Made by a program: the position numbers and the translations under genes. A DNA stretch of 64,000 nucleotides from positions 159-64,158 of the forward strand of contig CAYOLL010000010.1 in assembly GCA_964404765.1 (NCBI GenBank). The letters are read 5' to 3'. Numbering within the stretch: the stretch's first letter is position 1; every line of letters begins with the position of its first letter. Positions 9,575 to 20,000 of this stretch are shown here, one piece after another. The notes beneath the pieces were generated by a model. The model was not told the origin of the DNA. It worked only from the letters and a program-made list of their open reading frames with translations, and made no database searches. Source of the DNA: an uncultured Gemmatimonadota bacterium. GTDB lineage: Bacteria > 4572-55.

Positions 9575-10708
9575 ATGATTAAATTCACCATCCGCTCCCT
9601 AAAAAATCTCCACGAAATTCTGACCAGCGGCCTGACCTTGACCGAAATCGAACGCCTGGTAACCGTCGATGCCCCCAATATGTACGAGTACTATATGCGG
9701 GGCTCGAACGCGCCGGTCAAAGGCGGCAGGCTCAAAAAGTTTTTGATCTTTCTCAAGAATCTGTTTTTTGCCTTTCTGCTTAAGCTGTCGCCGGCGCGCC
9801 GGTTGGTTTATGTCATTTCGCTGATTTTTGTCGGCTTGGCCTGGTGGAAAACCGACTGGCATTTTGCCTTGTACGCTTTTATCATCGCCAACTTTTTAAT
9901 CGCGCTGGAACTGGCTGATAAGTTGATCACCCGCGACGAATTGGCCGTGGCCCGGGAAATTCAGCGCAGCCTGCTGCCGCTTCAGTCTAACGCACCACCC
10001 GGTTATGAAACCGCTTTTTTTTGTGATCCGGCCCGCATCGTCGGCGGCGATTACTATGACTTTATTCCCCTGCCGGATGGACGCTTGCTCGGTGTCGTCG
10101 GCGATGTCTCCGGCAAAGGCATATCCGCCGCGCTTTACATGGTCAAAGTCCAAACCATGCTGCACATCTATGCCCAATTTAACCAGAATTTGACCGAGAT
10201 TGTCGCCCGGCTTAATGATTACCTTTTCGATCAGCTTCATCGGAATTACTTCTTGACCATGACCCTGTTTTGCATCCGACCGGACGGCCGGATAGAACTC
10301 TGCCGGGCCGGCCATACGCCTATCCTGTTCTACAGCAATCTGCAGCGTTCGTATCAAATTCTGCAGCCGAAAGGGATTGGCCTGGGCATCATTCCTTCAA
10401 ATAATCACAAAAAAAATGGCGCCCCGTACACATTACAAAACAAAGACTTTACCCAACTTTTAGAAACCCATCAGCAAGACCTGCAGATTGGCGATACCCT
10501 TTTTTTCTACACCGACGGCCTGACCGAAGCTTTTAACGCGCATCAGGAAGAATACGGCGAAGAACGCTTGCTTGAATTGCTCAATCGCTACCAAAACGCA
10601 CCGCCCGAAACAATGAAAAGCGTGATTCTGCGCGAGCTGTCGGATTTTCGCGGACGGGCCGAGCCAAACGATGACACAACTTTTGTCGTGCTGCAGCGCC
10701 AGGCCTGA
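9575..10708 (+). CDS. PP2C/SpoIIE (RsbU-like) Ser/Thr phosphatase with N-terminal TM segments
   Basis: AREIQRSLLP, VGGDYYD, GDVSGKG, RAGH, YTDGLTEA, DDTT motifs. Confidence 0.92.
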   Translation: MIKFTIRSLKNLHEILTSGLTLTEIERLVTVDAPNMYEYYMRGSNAPVKGGRLKKFLIFLKNLFFAFLLKLSPARRLVYVISLIFVGLAWWKTDWHFALYAFIIANFLIALELADKLITRDELAVAREIQRSLLPLQSNAPPGYETAFFCDPARIVGGDYYDFIPLPDGRLLGVVGDVSGKGISAALYMVKVQTMLHIYAQFNQNLTEIVARLNDYLFDQLHRNYFLTMTLFCIRPDGRIELCRAGHTPILFYSNLQRSYQILQPKGIGLGIIPSNNHKKNGAPYTLQNKDFTQLLETHQQDLQIGDTLFFYTDGLTEAFNAHQEEYGEERLLELLNRYQNAPPETMKSVILRELSDFRGRAEPNDDTTFVVLQRQA

Positions 10709-10780
10709 GACCGAATCAGCCTTAATCCGGGTCAATCTGTAGATGTGCATGAAAAATCCCGCTTATTTGCGACTTTATGC

Positions 10781-10809
10781 TTGACAAAATTGCCGAAAAA
10801 GTTTAGGAT
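10781..10809 (+). promoter_or_regulatory. Sigma70-type promoter upstream of tricorn protease
   Basis: TTGACA (10781-10786), 17-bp spacer, TAGGAT (10804-10809). Confidence 0.55.
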
Positions 10810-10971
10810 TCTACGGGTTTCGCTTCCAGAAATTGCGATTGTAATTGCCGCTTTTATTGGGATTGCGCTCCGGTCAATATTATCATGACCTACCGATTTT
10901 TCACTTCCCCCATAGAACTTGACATTTTCGGCGCTCATTCAGTTGTTAACCTTAACAAGTCCGGAGGATTA

Positions 10972-13900
10972 ATGTCCACAGGCTACTATCGTTTTCCGAC
11001 CATCCACAACGAGACCGTTGCTTTTGTCTGCGAGGATGATTTATGGACAGTTTCCGCTGCGGGTGGTGTAGCCCGTCGTTTGACGGCCAACCGGGGTGAA
11101 GCGCGGGGACCGGTTATCTCACCGGACGGCAAGCACATTGCCTTCGTCGGCCAGGATGAAGGCCACTCCGAAATCTATTGCATGCCCGTCGAGGGCGGCA
11201 GTGATCGTCGTCTGACCTATCAGGGAAGTTTTGCTACGGTCGTCGGGTGGACGCCGGACAGCCGGGAAATCATTTATGCCGGCGATAGCGGGCAGCCGTT
11301 CAGCAAAATTATGATGTTGTGGAAAATCAATCCCGACGGCGGTTTTCCGGAAAAACTGTCCTACGGCCCGGCGCGAATGATCGCCTTTGGGCCAAAAAGC
11401 GCCGTTGTCATTGCCCGCAACATGCGGGACTCGGCGTATTGGAAACGTTATCGCGGCGGCACCGCCGGCGACTTGTGGATTGATCCGAACGGCAAGGGGC
11501 AGTTCCGCCGTTTGATTTCGCTTAAAGGTAATTTGGGTTCGCCGATGTGGCTGGACGGACGGATTTATTTTCTGTCCGATCATGAGGGCATCGGCAATAT
11601 CTATTCGTGTCAGGCCAACGGCAAAGATTTGCAGCGGCACACCCACCAGGCGGAATTTTACGTCCGTCACCCCGGCAGCGACGGTCGCCGGATCGTCTAC
11701 CAGGCCGGCGCAGATATTTACATCTACGACCCGAAAAAAGATAAAGATCAAAAAGTCGCCATCACTTTTCATAGCTCACAGACGCAGCGTGATCGCCGTT
11801 TTGTCAGCGCCACATCTTATCTGGAAGACTATTCGCTGCACCCGGACGGTCACTCGGTGGCCATAAATACGCGGGGCCGCGTGTTTACCATGGGCTTGTG
11901 GGAAGGCGCGGTCACGCAATCCGGCGAGCGTGATGGCGTGCGCTATCGTCTGAGCCGCTGGTCCAGTGACGGCAAGTCGCTCATCACTGTATCCGATGCC
12001 GACGGCGAAGAAGCGCTGGAAATCCATCCGATTGACAAAAAAAGCCTGCCCAAGCGCCTGAGCCAATTAGACATCGGCCGCCCGGTTCAAATGGCGCTGA
12101 ATCCATTAGCCGACCGGCAGCAGGTTGTATTATCCAATCATCGCTACGAACTGATTTTTGTCGACCTGGACAAAGGCGAGCTTAAAGTTCTGGATCGCAG
12201 CAAATTTGGCCGCATCGCCGGGCTGGCCTGGTCGCCGGATGGCGAATGGGTCGCCTACGGTCTGCCCGTGTCCTCCCACACCTCCGTCCTTAAACTGGCT
12301 AAAATTGCGACCGGAGAAACCTTCTCAATCACCCGGCCGGACTTTTATGATATGTCGCCGGCCTTTGATCCCGAAGGCAAGTACCTCTATTTCATCTCAA
12401 CGCGTATCTTTAATCCCGTTTATGACCGAATCTATTTTGATTTAAACTTTCCGCACGGCATGAAGCCCTTCTTAATCACCTTGCAAAAAGATCTGAAATC
12501 ACCCTTTGTACCGGAGCCAAAAGCGCCGTCCAAGAACAAACCGGAAGAAGATGACGACGCGAAAGACGGTAAGGACGATAAAAACGGCAAGGAAAATAAG
12601 GACGAAAAAGAGGCCGCCGCCGACGCCTCGGCTAAAGAGGATAAAGCCGCCGGAAAAGAGAAAAAAGACAAAACAAAGCAGACCCAAATTGACCTGGAAG
12701 GGATCGAAAACCGCGTCCTGGCTTTTCCGGTCGAAGAAGGCATTTACGGCGGCATCCGCGGCATCAAAGGCAAGGTTTTATTTTCCGTCTTTCCGGCCAA
12801 GGGCAGCTTTCCCGATGAACCGCATCCTGCGGATGACGATGAGCCGGATGACGGTGTGCTCATGATGTATGATTTTGAAGATCAGGAGGATTCGGTCGTC
12901 GCGCGCGGCATTACCGGATTTAAACTGTCCCGCGATGCCAAAGCCTTGATTTATCAGGCCGGCGACAGACTGCGAGTTTGGAAAGCCGGTCAAACCATCC
13001 GCGGCGAAGGCAGCAAGGGCTGCAATCGCAGCAGTGGTTGGCTGGACTTGAGCCGCATCCGCGTCTCAGTCAATCCGCCGGCGGAATGGAAGCAGATGTA
13101 TGACGAAGCCTGGCGTTTGCAGCGCGATCAGTTCTGGTCCGAAGATATGTCCGGCGTCGATTGGCAGACGGTTTACAAACGCTACGCGCCCTTACTGGAT
13201 CGGGTTGGCACGCGCAGCGAAATGTCCGATGTCATCTGGGAAATGCAGGGTGAACTGGGCACATCCCATTGTTATGAAATGGGCGGCGATTATCGGCGAT
13301 CCCCGCACTATCGTATCGGCTTGCTTGGCGCGGATTTGGTTTTTGACAAGCAGGCAAAAGTCTGGAAAATCGCCCATCTGGTTCGCGGCGACTCTTGGTT
13401 GAAAAATGAAGACTCTCCTCTACACGCGCCGGGTTTGAACATCAAGGAAGGCGATATTATCCTGGCCGTCGGCGGTTATGCTGCGGACGAAACGATTTCG
13501 CCACCCGAACTGCTGGTCAACTTAGCCGGTCAGGAAGTGACACTGACGCTCAAGGCCGATAACCCGGACGGGCAGCGCACCGTCACCGTCAAGACCTTGC
13601 GCGGCGAACAATCCGCCCGTTACCGCGAATGGGTGGAAACGAACCGCAGCTACGTTTACGAAAAGACCAAAGGCCGTGTCGGCTATGTGCATATCCCGAA
13701 CATGGGCCCGTGGGGTTACGCCGAGTTTCATCGCTATTACCTATCGGAATTTCAGCGCGAAGGCTTGATTGTCGATGTGCGCTTCAACGGCGGCGGGCAT
13801 GTTTCGCAACTGATCCTGCAAAAGTTGGCTCAAAAACGGCTTGGCTATGACATTGAGCGTTGGGGCACGCCGCAGCCGTATCCGGCCTACACGGTGCTGG

Positions 13901-14292
13901 GGCCGATTGTGGCGCTGACCAACGAGTTAGCTGGCTCCGACGGCGATATCTTCAGCCATTGCTTCAAACTGCTGAAGCTGGGAACTTTAATCGGCAAGCG
14001 CACCTGGGGCGGCGTGGTCGGCATTCACCCGAGACATAACCTGGTGGATGGCACCATGACCACGCAGCCGGAATTTTCCTTCTGGTTTAAAGACGTGGCC
14101 TGGAACGTGGAAAACTACGGCACCGACCCGGACATCGACGTGGACATTACGCCGCAGGACTATGCCGCCGGCAAAGACCCGCAAATGGAGAAAGCCCTTG
14201 AGGTCATTCTGCGGCAGATGCAGGAGAATCCGCCGCAAGTGCCGGATTTTTCCAACCGGCCCAAATTGACGCTGCCAAAATTACCCAAATAA
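10972..14292 (+). CDS. Tricorn protease homolog (S41 peptidase, beta-propellers, PDZ)
   Basis: GYYRFPTIH start after GGAGG RBS; YRGGTAGDLW; DVRFNGGG; catalytic GSDGDIF; GKRTWGGV; no signal peptide. Confidence 0.93.
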   Translation: MSTGYYRFPTIHNETVAFVCEDDLWTVSAAGGVARRLTANRGEARGPVISPDGKHIAFVGQDEGHSEIYCMPVEGGSDRRLTYQGSFATVVGWTPDSREIIYAGDSGQPFSKIMMLWKINPDGGFPEKLSYGPARMIAFGPKSAVVIARNMRDSAYWKRYRGGTAGDLWIDPNGKGQFRRLISLKGNLGSPMWLDGRIYFLSDHEGIGNIYSCQANGKDLQRHTHQAEFYVRHPGSDGRRIVYQAGADIYIYDPKKDKDQKVAITFHSSQTQRDRRFVSATSYLEDYSLHPDGHSVAINTRGRVFTMGLWEGAVTQSGERDGVRYRLSRWSSDGKSLITVSDADGEEALEIHPIDKKSLPKRLSQLDIGRPVQMALNPLADRQQVVLSNHRYELIFVDLDKGELKVLDRSKFGRIAGLAWSPDGEWVAYGLPVSSHTSVLKLAKIATGETFSITRPDFYDMSPAFDPEGKYLYFISTRIFNPVYDRIYFDLNFPHGMKPFLITLQKDLKSPFVPEPKAPSKNKPEEDDDAKDGKDDKNGKENKDEKEAAADASAKEDKAAGKEKKDKTKQTQIDLEGIENRVLAFPVEEGIYGGIRGIKGKVLFSVFPAKGSFPDEPHPADDDEPDDGVLMMYDFEDQEDSVVARGITGFKLSRDAKALIYQAGDRLRVWKAGQTIRGEGSKGCNRSSGWLDLSRIRVSVNPPAEWKQMYDEAWRLQRDQFWSEDMSGVDWQTVYKRYAPLLDRVGTRSEMSDVIWEMQGELGTSHCYEMGGDYRRSPHYRIGLLGADLVFDKQAKVWKIAHLVRGDSWLKNEDSPLHAPGLNIKEGDIILAVGGYAADETISPPELLVNLAGQEVTLTLKADNPDGQRTVTVKTLRGEQSARYREWVETNRSYVYEKTKGRVGYVHIPNMGPWGYAEFHRYYLSEFQREGLIVDVRFNGGGHVSQLILQKLAQKRLGYDIERWGTPQPYPAYTVLGPIVALTNELAGSDGDIFSHCFKLLKLGTLIGKRTWGGVVGIHPRHNLVDGTMTTQPEFSFWFKDVAWNVENYGTDPDIDVDITPQDYAAGKDPQMEKALEVILRQMQENPPQVPDFSNRPKLTLPKLPK

Positions 14293-14487
14293 AATTGCAT
14301 CACGATTGGTCATAACCGTTTTATTTCATTCAAAAATTTTTAGCTTGAAAAATTTATGCGTAGCATAATGGCGCAATGACACAAAGCATCATCAGGCTTC
14401 TTCAACAGCTTGTGACTTTTTGAGTCCTTGTGATTTTATGGCGTATGAGTAATTCAGGTTAAGCATTAACCCAAAGGAGAAAATGCG

Positions 14488-15219
14488 ATGCGTCGAGAAA
14501 TTCATCAATGGTGGAGTCCCAGCCTGGGACAAGATATGCCGGTTGTATGCTATGGCCATCATGGCATAGCGCTGCTGATGTTCCCCACAGCGGCAGCCGA
14601 TTATCTGGAATACGAACGTTTTCACATGATCGATTTTATCACACCCTATATTGAAATGGGCAAAATAAGAGTTTATTCGATCAACAGCATTAACGCCGAA
14701 AGCTGGATGAACGGCGACATGCACCCGGCTCACAAAGCCATTCGCCATCAGGAGTACAACAATTATATCTACAACGAAGTTGTCCCGTTTATCTGGCATG
14801 ATAGCGGCGAACGCTGCTCCATCATCACCACCGGCATCAGCATGGGCACGCTGCACGCCGGAAACGTCATCTTCCAACGCCCCGACCTGTTTGACGGCGG
14901 CATCTTGATGAGCGGCTCGTTTGACCTGAAACGCTATACCGATGGTCATTGGGACGAGAACGTCTATTATAACAGCCCGGTTGATTATCTCAACAACCTG
15001 AATAGCGGCTGGCAGTTAGACATGCTGCGCCAAAAACAGCATATTCATATCGTCACCGGTCAGGGAGCCTATGAGGCGCCGGACCGTTCCATTGAATTGG
15101 CCTATTTACTGCGCCGCATTGGCGTCCCATGTGAGCTGGACCTGTGGGGACATGACATGCGCCACGACTGGCCGACCTGGTACAAAATGCTGCCCTATTA
15201 CTTAGACACCCGTTTCTGA
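14488..15219 (+). CDS. Putative esterase (alpha/beta hydrolase)
   Basis: WWSPSLG..M, GISMG nucleophile elbow, HDWPTW. Confidence 0.85.
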   Translation: MRREIHQWWSPSLGQDMPVVCYGHHGIALLMFPTAAADYLEYERFHMIDFITPYIEMGKIRVYSINSINAESWMNGDMHPAHKAIRHQEYNNYIYNEVVPFIWHDSGERCSIITTGISMGTLHAGNVIFQRPDLFDGGILMSGSFDLKRYTDGHWDENVYYNSPVDYLNNLNSGWQLDMLRQKQHIHIVTGQGAYEAPDRSIELAYLLRRIGVPCELDLWGHDMRHDWPTWYKMLPYYLDTRF

Positions 15220-15341
15220 ATCCAACCCGCCCGCCTGGTCTATCCCGACAGTCGGGCGCTTCCCAAATCGGCAAGCAGCCGTTCCGGCCCAAACCGACCG
15301 CAACCCGGTCTGTTTCTCAGAAAACCTTACGGCTAAGACGC

Positions 15342-15383
15342 AAAAAGCGAAGCAATATTTATATTGCTTCGTTTTTTTTTTTT
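15342..15383. terminator. Intrinsic terminator, possibly bidirectional
   Basis: AAAAAG-CGAAGCAATAT-TT-ATATTGCTTCG followed by T12. Confidence 0.75.
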
Positions 15384-15481
15384 GCTCTGGATTATTCATC
15401 ACTTCATCCCGGAGCAGCAAGCTTCCAGCTTGCCCCCCAAGCCAACAAATTTGAATGTAAGCATTTGTCTAACCCCATGGA

Positions 15482-15605
15482 CTCGTTCCAAAACTCTGTT
15501 TTGGAACGCAATTGTCTGGGAAACTCTGTTTTCTCTTCCTCATTCCTGCAAGATGAAACAGAGTTTCGCCTGCAAGTGCGCTCCCAATCAGAGATTGGGA
15601 ACGAG
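15482..15605. repeat. REP-like element, CTCGTTCC...GGGAACGAG family
   Basis: Terminal hairpins and GAAACTCTGTTT/GAAACAGAGTTTC inner repeats; relatives at 32335-32473 (in frame in a CDS), 57864-57995 and partial at about 44105-44130. Confidence 0.8.
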
Positions 15606-15654
15606 AGGCTGGCCCGCCAACGTGGTGGGACTAATACTTACTTTGAAATTTTCA

Positions 15655-15825
15655 AGCCCCATCGGGGCGGCTTGTTTGTAGCAGACCGGGGCTGGAAAGA
15701 ACCTTACAGCCCCATCGGGGCGACCCGTTTAATGGGTACGATTTTTTTGCGTCTCACAAGTCGCCCCGATGGGGCTAATTCGGATGTGGTTCGCTTTCTA
15801 CAAACAGGCCGCCCTTACAGGGCTT
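15655..15825. repeat. REP-like element, GCCCC(ATC)GGGGCG / TTTGTAG..CTACAAA family
   Basis: Repeated GCCCCATCGGGGCG hairpins bounded by TGTTTGTAG/CTACAAACA; related copy at 24692-24863. Confidence 0.75.
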
Positions 15826-16157
15826 GAGAACAGGTCAATCGTCCAAATGCGGAAGTTATTTAATACGCAAGTCCTAAGCAAGCGCTCATCGGCGCCGTGC
15901 TTATTGGGCAACAGCCCTGATATCGAGCGCAAAAGCCTTTGCGCGGCAATTTTAGACCAACCCGGCCATTTTCTTACCTGTTGATATGAAAGACGCCAAA
16001 TTTCAATTGAATATTGTCTCGAAAAGCTGTATGATTTACAGGACCTGAATTATTCATGAAATGACCACGAAGTACTCGAAATACACGAAAATAAAGGATT
16101 GCAGCGCGTGACGCCAAAATTTTGAATTTTATCTGTCTGAGCTACGCAACGCTTTAA

Positions 16158-16318
16158 TTGGCTGAAAGACACGATTTTGTGTAACAAATTCGCCAATACC
16201 TGACCACAAATGGATACTTGTAAAATTTTATGAATTACCCCTTCCTCGAATTTCACATCTCGCGCAAGTCCCGCGACCGCTACAAATTCGATCTGAGCCT
16301 GTTTGCGACCAACGGCAA
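16158..16318 (+). repeat. 161-bp direct repeat, copy 1 (HEPN 3' end + amylase 5' end); copy 2 at 16966-17126
   Basis: Colinear match at offset 808 bp, no indels seen; differences in the amylase part are mostly third-codon positions. Confidence 0.9.
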
Positions 16319-16334
16319 GGTGAAGAGAATATGA
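16230..16334 (+). pseudogene. Truncated duplicate of the amylase N-terminus (34 aa), ATGA-coupled to the MNT gene
   Basis: MNYPFLEFHISRKSRDRYKFDLSLFATNGKVKRI* versus amylase MTYPFLEFHVSRKARDRYKFDLSLFATNGKV; stop TGA 16332-16334 overlaps ATG 16331. Confidence 0.8.
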
Positions 16335-16648
16335 CCGCTATTCAACCCATTCTTAAAAATGTGCGCGCACAACTTAACGAACTGTACGGGAAGCGTTTAA
16401 GCCGAATTATTTTATATGGCTCATACGCTCGCGGTGACGCAACCGAACAATCGGATATCGATTTGCTGATCGTGCTCAAAAAAATGACTCGGCCCGGCGC
16501 AGAAATTGATCGCATGGGCGCTCTGATCACCGATATCAATCTTGACCAAGATGTTTTGATTTCAATTTATCCTATTTTGGAATCGGACTATCAATCACTC
16601 AACAGCCCACTGTTAATTAATGTCCGTCGGGAGGGGGTTGTGGTATGA
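16331..16648 (+). CDS. Minimal nucleotidyltransferase (MNT) antitoxin-like
   Basis: ILYGSYARGDATEQSDIDLLIV. Confidence 0.9.
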   Translation: MTAIQPILKNVRAQLNELYGKRLSRIILYGSYARGDATEQSDIDLLIVLKKMTRPGAEIDRMGALITDINLDQDVLISIYPILESDYQSLNSPLLINVRREGVVV

Positions 16649-17031
16649 AAGAAGTTCAAACGCTCATGGCGCGGGCAGACAAATACCTGAAAAGCGCTAA
16701 GTTGCTCATCGACGAGGACGATAACGAATCGGCGGTATCGCGGGCATACTACGCCATGTTTTACGCCGCTGAAGCCGTTTTGTTGACTAAAGGTTTGGCA
16801 TCCGATTCGCACAAAGGCATTATATCCATATTTGGTGAGCATTTTATCAAAACCGGCGTGTTTCCAAAAAATTTAGGTCGGTACTTGAATCAAGCGTTTA
16901 ACAAGCGTCAAGTCGGCGACTATTCGCATGATTTTGTCTTTGTGGAAGTCGAGGCCGAGCAAGTCTTGGCCGAAGGACATGATTTTGTGAAACAAATTCG
17001 CCAATACCTGACCACAAACGGATACTTGTAA
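16645..17031 (+). CDS. HEPN domain protein (MNT-HEPN pair)
   Basis: SRAYYAMFYAA, SHKG, RQVGDY motifs; ATGA overlap with the MNT gene. Confidence 0.88.
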   Translation: MKEVQTLMARADKYLKSAKLLIDEDDNESAVSRAYYAMFYAAEAVLLTKGLASDSHKGIISIFGEHFIKTGVFPKNLGRYLNQAFNKRQVGDYSHDFVFVEVEAEQVLAEGHDFVKQIRQYLTTNGYL

Positions 17032-17037
17032 AATTTT

Positions 17038-20000
17038 ATGACCTACCCCTTCCTCGAATTTCATGTGTCACGCAAAGCCCGTGACCGCTACAAGTTCGAC
17101 CTGAGCCTGTTTGCCACCAACGGCAAAGTCATCTTGACCAATTTTTCGGCGTCGCGTCAGTTCGCCCACAAAATGAACGAAGTGCGCGATGTGGTGGCCT
17201 TCCCCGAAGAAGCCGTCAAAGCCAGCGAAATCAACGCCATGGGCCTGATCGACGAGATGCTGCATTTTATGATCCATCTCTACCGGCAGCATGTCAACGC
17301 TAGTGTCATCGAAGGCGCCTTGCGCTGGCTGCAGGATCGTTACACGCCGGATGAGATTGACGAGACGCTGCTGACATTTGTGGAAGAATTTCCGCCGATT
17401 GGCGTCTATCGCGGCAAGATGACCGCCGCCCAATATCTCAAGGGCAAAAGCAACGATATCCCCAACCGCTATCTGGCGCTGGAAGAAATGTTCATCCTGT
17501 GGATCGAAAACAGCAATCCCGCCTTTGCCCGCTATCAGGAATTGATTGACGACAGCGCACTGGAAAAAAAGAGCATTTACACCGAAATTATCGCCCAAAC
17601 CACCAATTATTTTGAACATCAACCGCCACCGATGACCGGCCATCGCACGTTGCTGGACTTGCTGTTCGAGCCGGCCAAGCTGCACCCGCATTCGCTGACC
17701 GATCAATTGGAAGCGCTGCGCCAATATCTCGTCAAGACGCAAGACAACTGGAAGCGCGAGCAAACCGAAAAAATCAAGGAAGAGTTCCGCCAAAAAAATC
17801 AGCCGCTGCCGGAAACTTTTCATATTCCGGATTTGGTGGATGTCAAGCTGCTGCATCGGCCATTAACGGCCATTGATTTCATCAAAGAAGAGGCGGAAAA
17901 GCCCGTCTTTCAGGGCGCACTCAAAGCCGAAACACTGGTCAAAAGTTTTTGGGGTGAAGAACGCGAGCCGGAAGGCTACACCAACGACCTGGACTGGATG
18001 CCCGGCTGTATTTTGATCGCCAAAAATACGTATGTCTGGCTGGAGCAAATGAGCAAGAAATACGACCGGAAAATCAGCAAGCTGGACCAAATCCCCGATG
18101 AAGAATTGGACACCCTGGCCCGCTGGGGCGTCAACGGACTGTGGCTGATTGGCCTGTGGGAACGCAGCCACGCTTCCAAGAAAATCAAGCAATTGTGCGG
18201 CAATCCGGACGCGGAGGCCTCGGCCTATGCCCTGCTGGATTATGCCATCGCCAAAGACCTGGGCGGCAAAAAGGCTTTTGGAAAGCTGAGCAAACGCGCC
18301 AAAAAACGCGGCATCCATTTAGCCGGCGACATGGTGCCAAACCACATGGCGATGGACTCCAAATGGGTCTTGGATCATCCGGAATGGTTTCTCCAATCGG
18401 ATACCCCGCCCTATCCCAGCTACACATTTGAAGGCCCAAACGTCGGACGCACCAAAAAAATGCGCATCTATCTTGAAGATAAATACTACAGCCGCAAGGA
18501 CGCCGCCGTCGTCTTCAAACGGGTAGACGCCAAAACCGAAAAGGCCGCCTACATCTATCACGGCAACGACGGCACCAACATGCCCTGGAACGATACCGCC
18601 CAACTCAACTTTTTGCTGCCGGAAGTGCGCGAGGCCGTGATCAAAGCCATCATCCATACAGCGGATTTTTTCTCGATCATTCGCTTTGACGCGGCCATGG
18701 TGCTGGCCAAAAAGCACTATCAGCGGTTGTGGTTTCCACAGCCGGGCACAGGCGGAGCCATAGCTTCACGCTCGGCGTACAGCATGACCCAGGAAGAATT
18801 TGACGCCCAAATTCCAGCCGAATTCTGGCGCGAAGTCGTAGACCGCATGGCCAAGGAGCGGCCAAATACGCTGCTGCTGGCCGAAGCCTTCTGGCTCATG
18901 GAAGGCTACTTTGTGCGGACATTAGGCATGCATCGCGTTTACAACAGCGCCTTTATGAACATGCTGCGCAACGAGGAAAACGCCAAATACCGCCAGACCA
19001 TCAAAAACATTCTGGAGTTCGATCCCGACATCATGAAACGCCACGTCAACTTTATGAGCAATCCCGACGAAGAAACGGCCCTCCGTCAGTTCGGTAAAGA
19101 GAGTAAGTACTTCGGCGTATGTATGTTGATGGTGACGACGCCGGGCCTGCCCATGTTCGGACACGGCCAGGTAGAGGGTTTTCACGAGAAATACGGCATG
19201 GAATACCGCCGCGCCAAACACCATGAAACGCCCGACGACCATTTGATTCATCGGCATGAGCGCGAAATCTTCCCGCTGCTGAAAAAACGGCGCATGTTTG
19301 CCGATGTCGAAAACTTTTGCCTGTACGATTTTGTGATGGAAAACGGTCATGTCTACGAGGATGTCATTGTCCAATCGAATGCGCACGACGGCGATCGGGC
19401 GCTGGTTGTTTTTCTGAATAGTCCCGGCAAAGTCAAAGGCTGGATTCGGACTTCGGCCCGCTATTTGATCAAAGGCGAAGTGGCGGCGCGAAATGTGGAC
19501 GGCGAGTGGGTGGAAGCGGAAGAATTGGAAATTAAGAATGAGGAATTAGGAATTAAAAAAACGTCTTTGCAGGATAAAGACGTAGCTTCGAAATCAAACA
19601 AAACGTCTTTGCAGGATGTCGGGACGGCTAAAATATCGGATAAAGTGGCTTCACAAAAAAGCAATGTCGTGAAACAAGCGGACAAAGTTGAAATCGCGAA
19701 ACCAACAGTTGTTGAAGCGCCTAAAAAAGCGACAAAAGCAGCGGCGGATACCGGAAAACCAGGCGCAGAGACTCCTGCGCCTGAAGATACGGAACCTTCG
19801 CCGGAATCCAATCTGGTGATTCGCGAACGAGGAAAGTTTGAGCGCAAACTGCTGGTAGACGGCCTGCAGATCAAACCGGCGGATGACGTTTACTGCGCCT
19901 ATCGTGACCACATCACCGGCCTGGAATACATCGTCAGCAGCCAAACGCTGGCCGTCAAAGGTTTCTACGTCGAACTGGAAGCCTACGACTACCATCTTTA

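Noticed and set aside
15202-16256. Short ORFs between the esterase and the MNT gene
   Set aside because: They read through terminator and REP elements and show no protein-family motifs.
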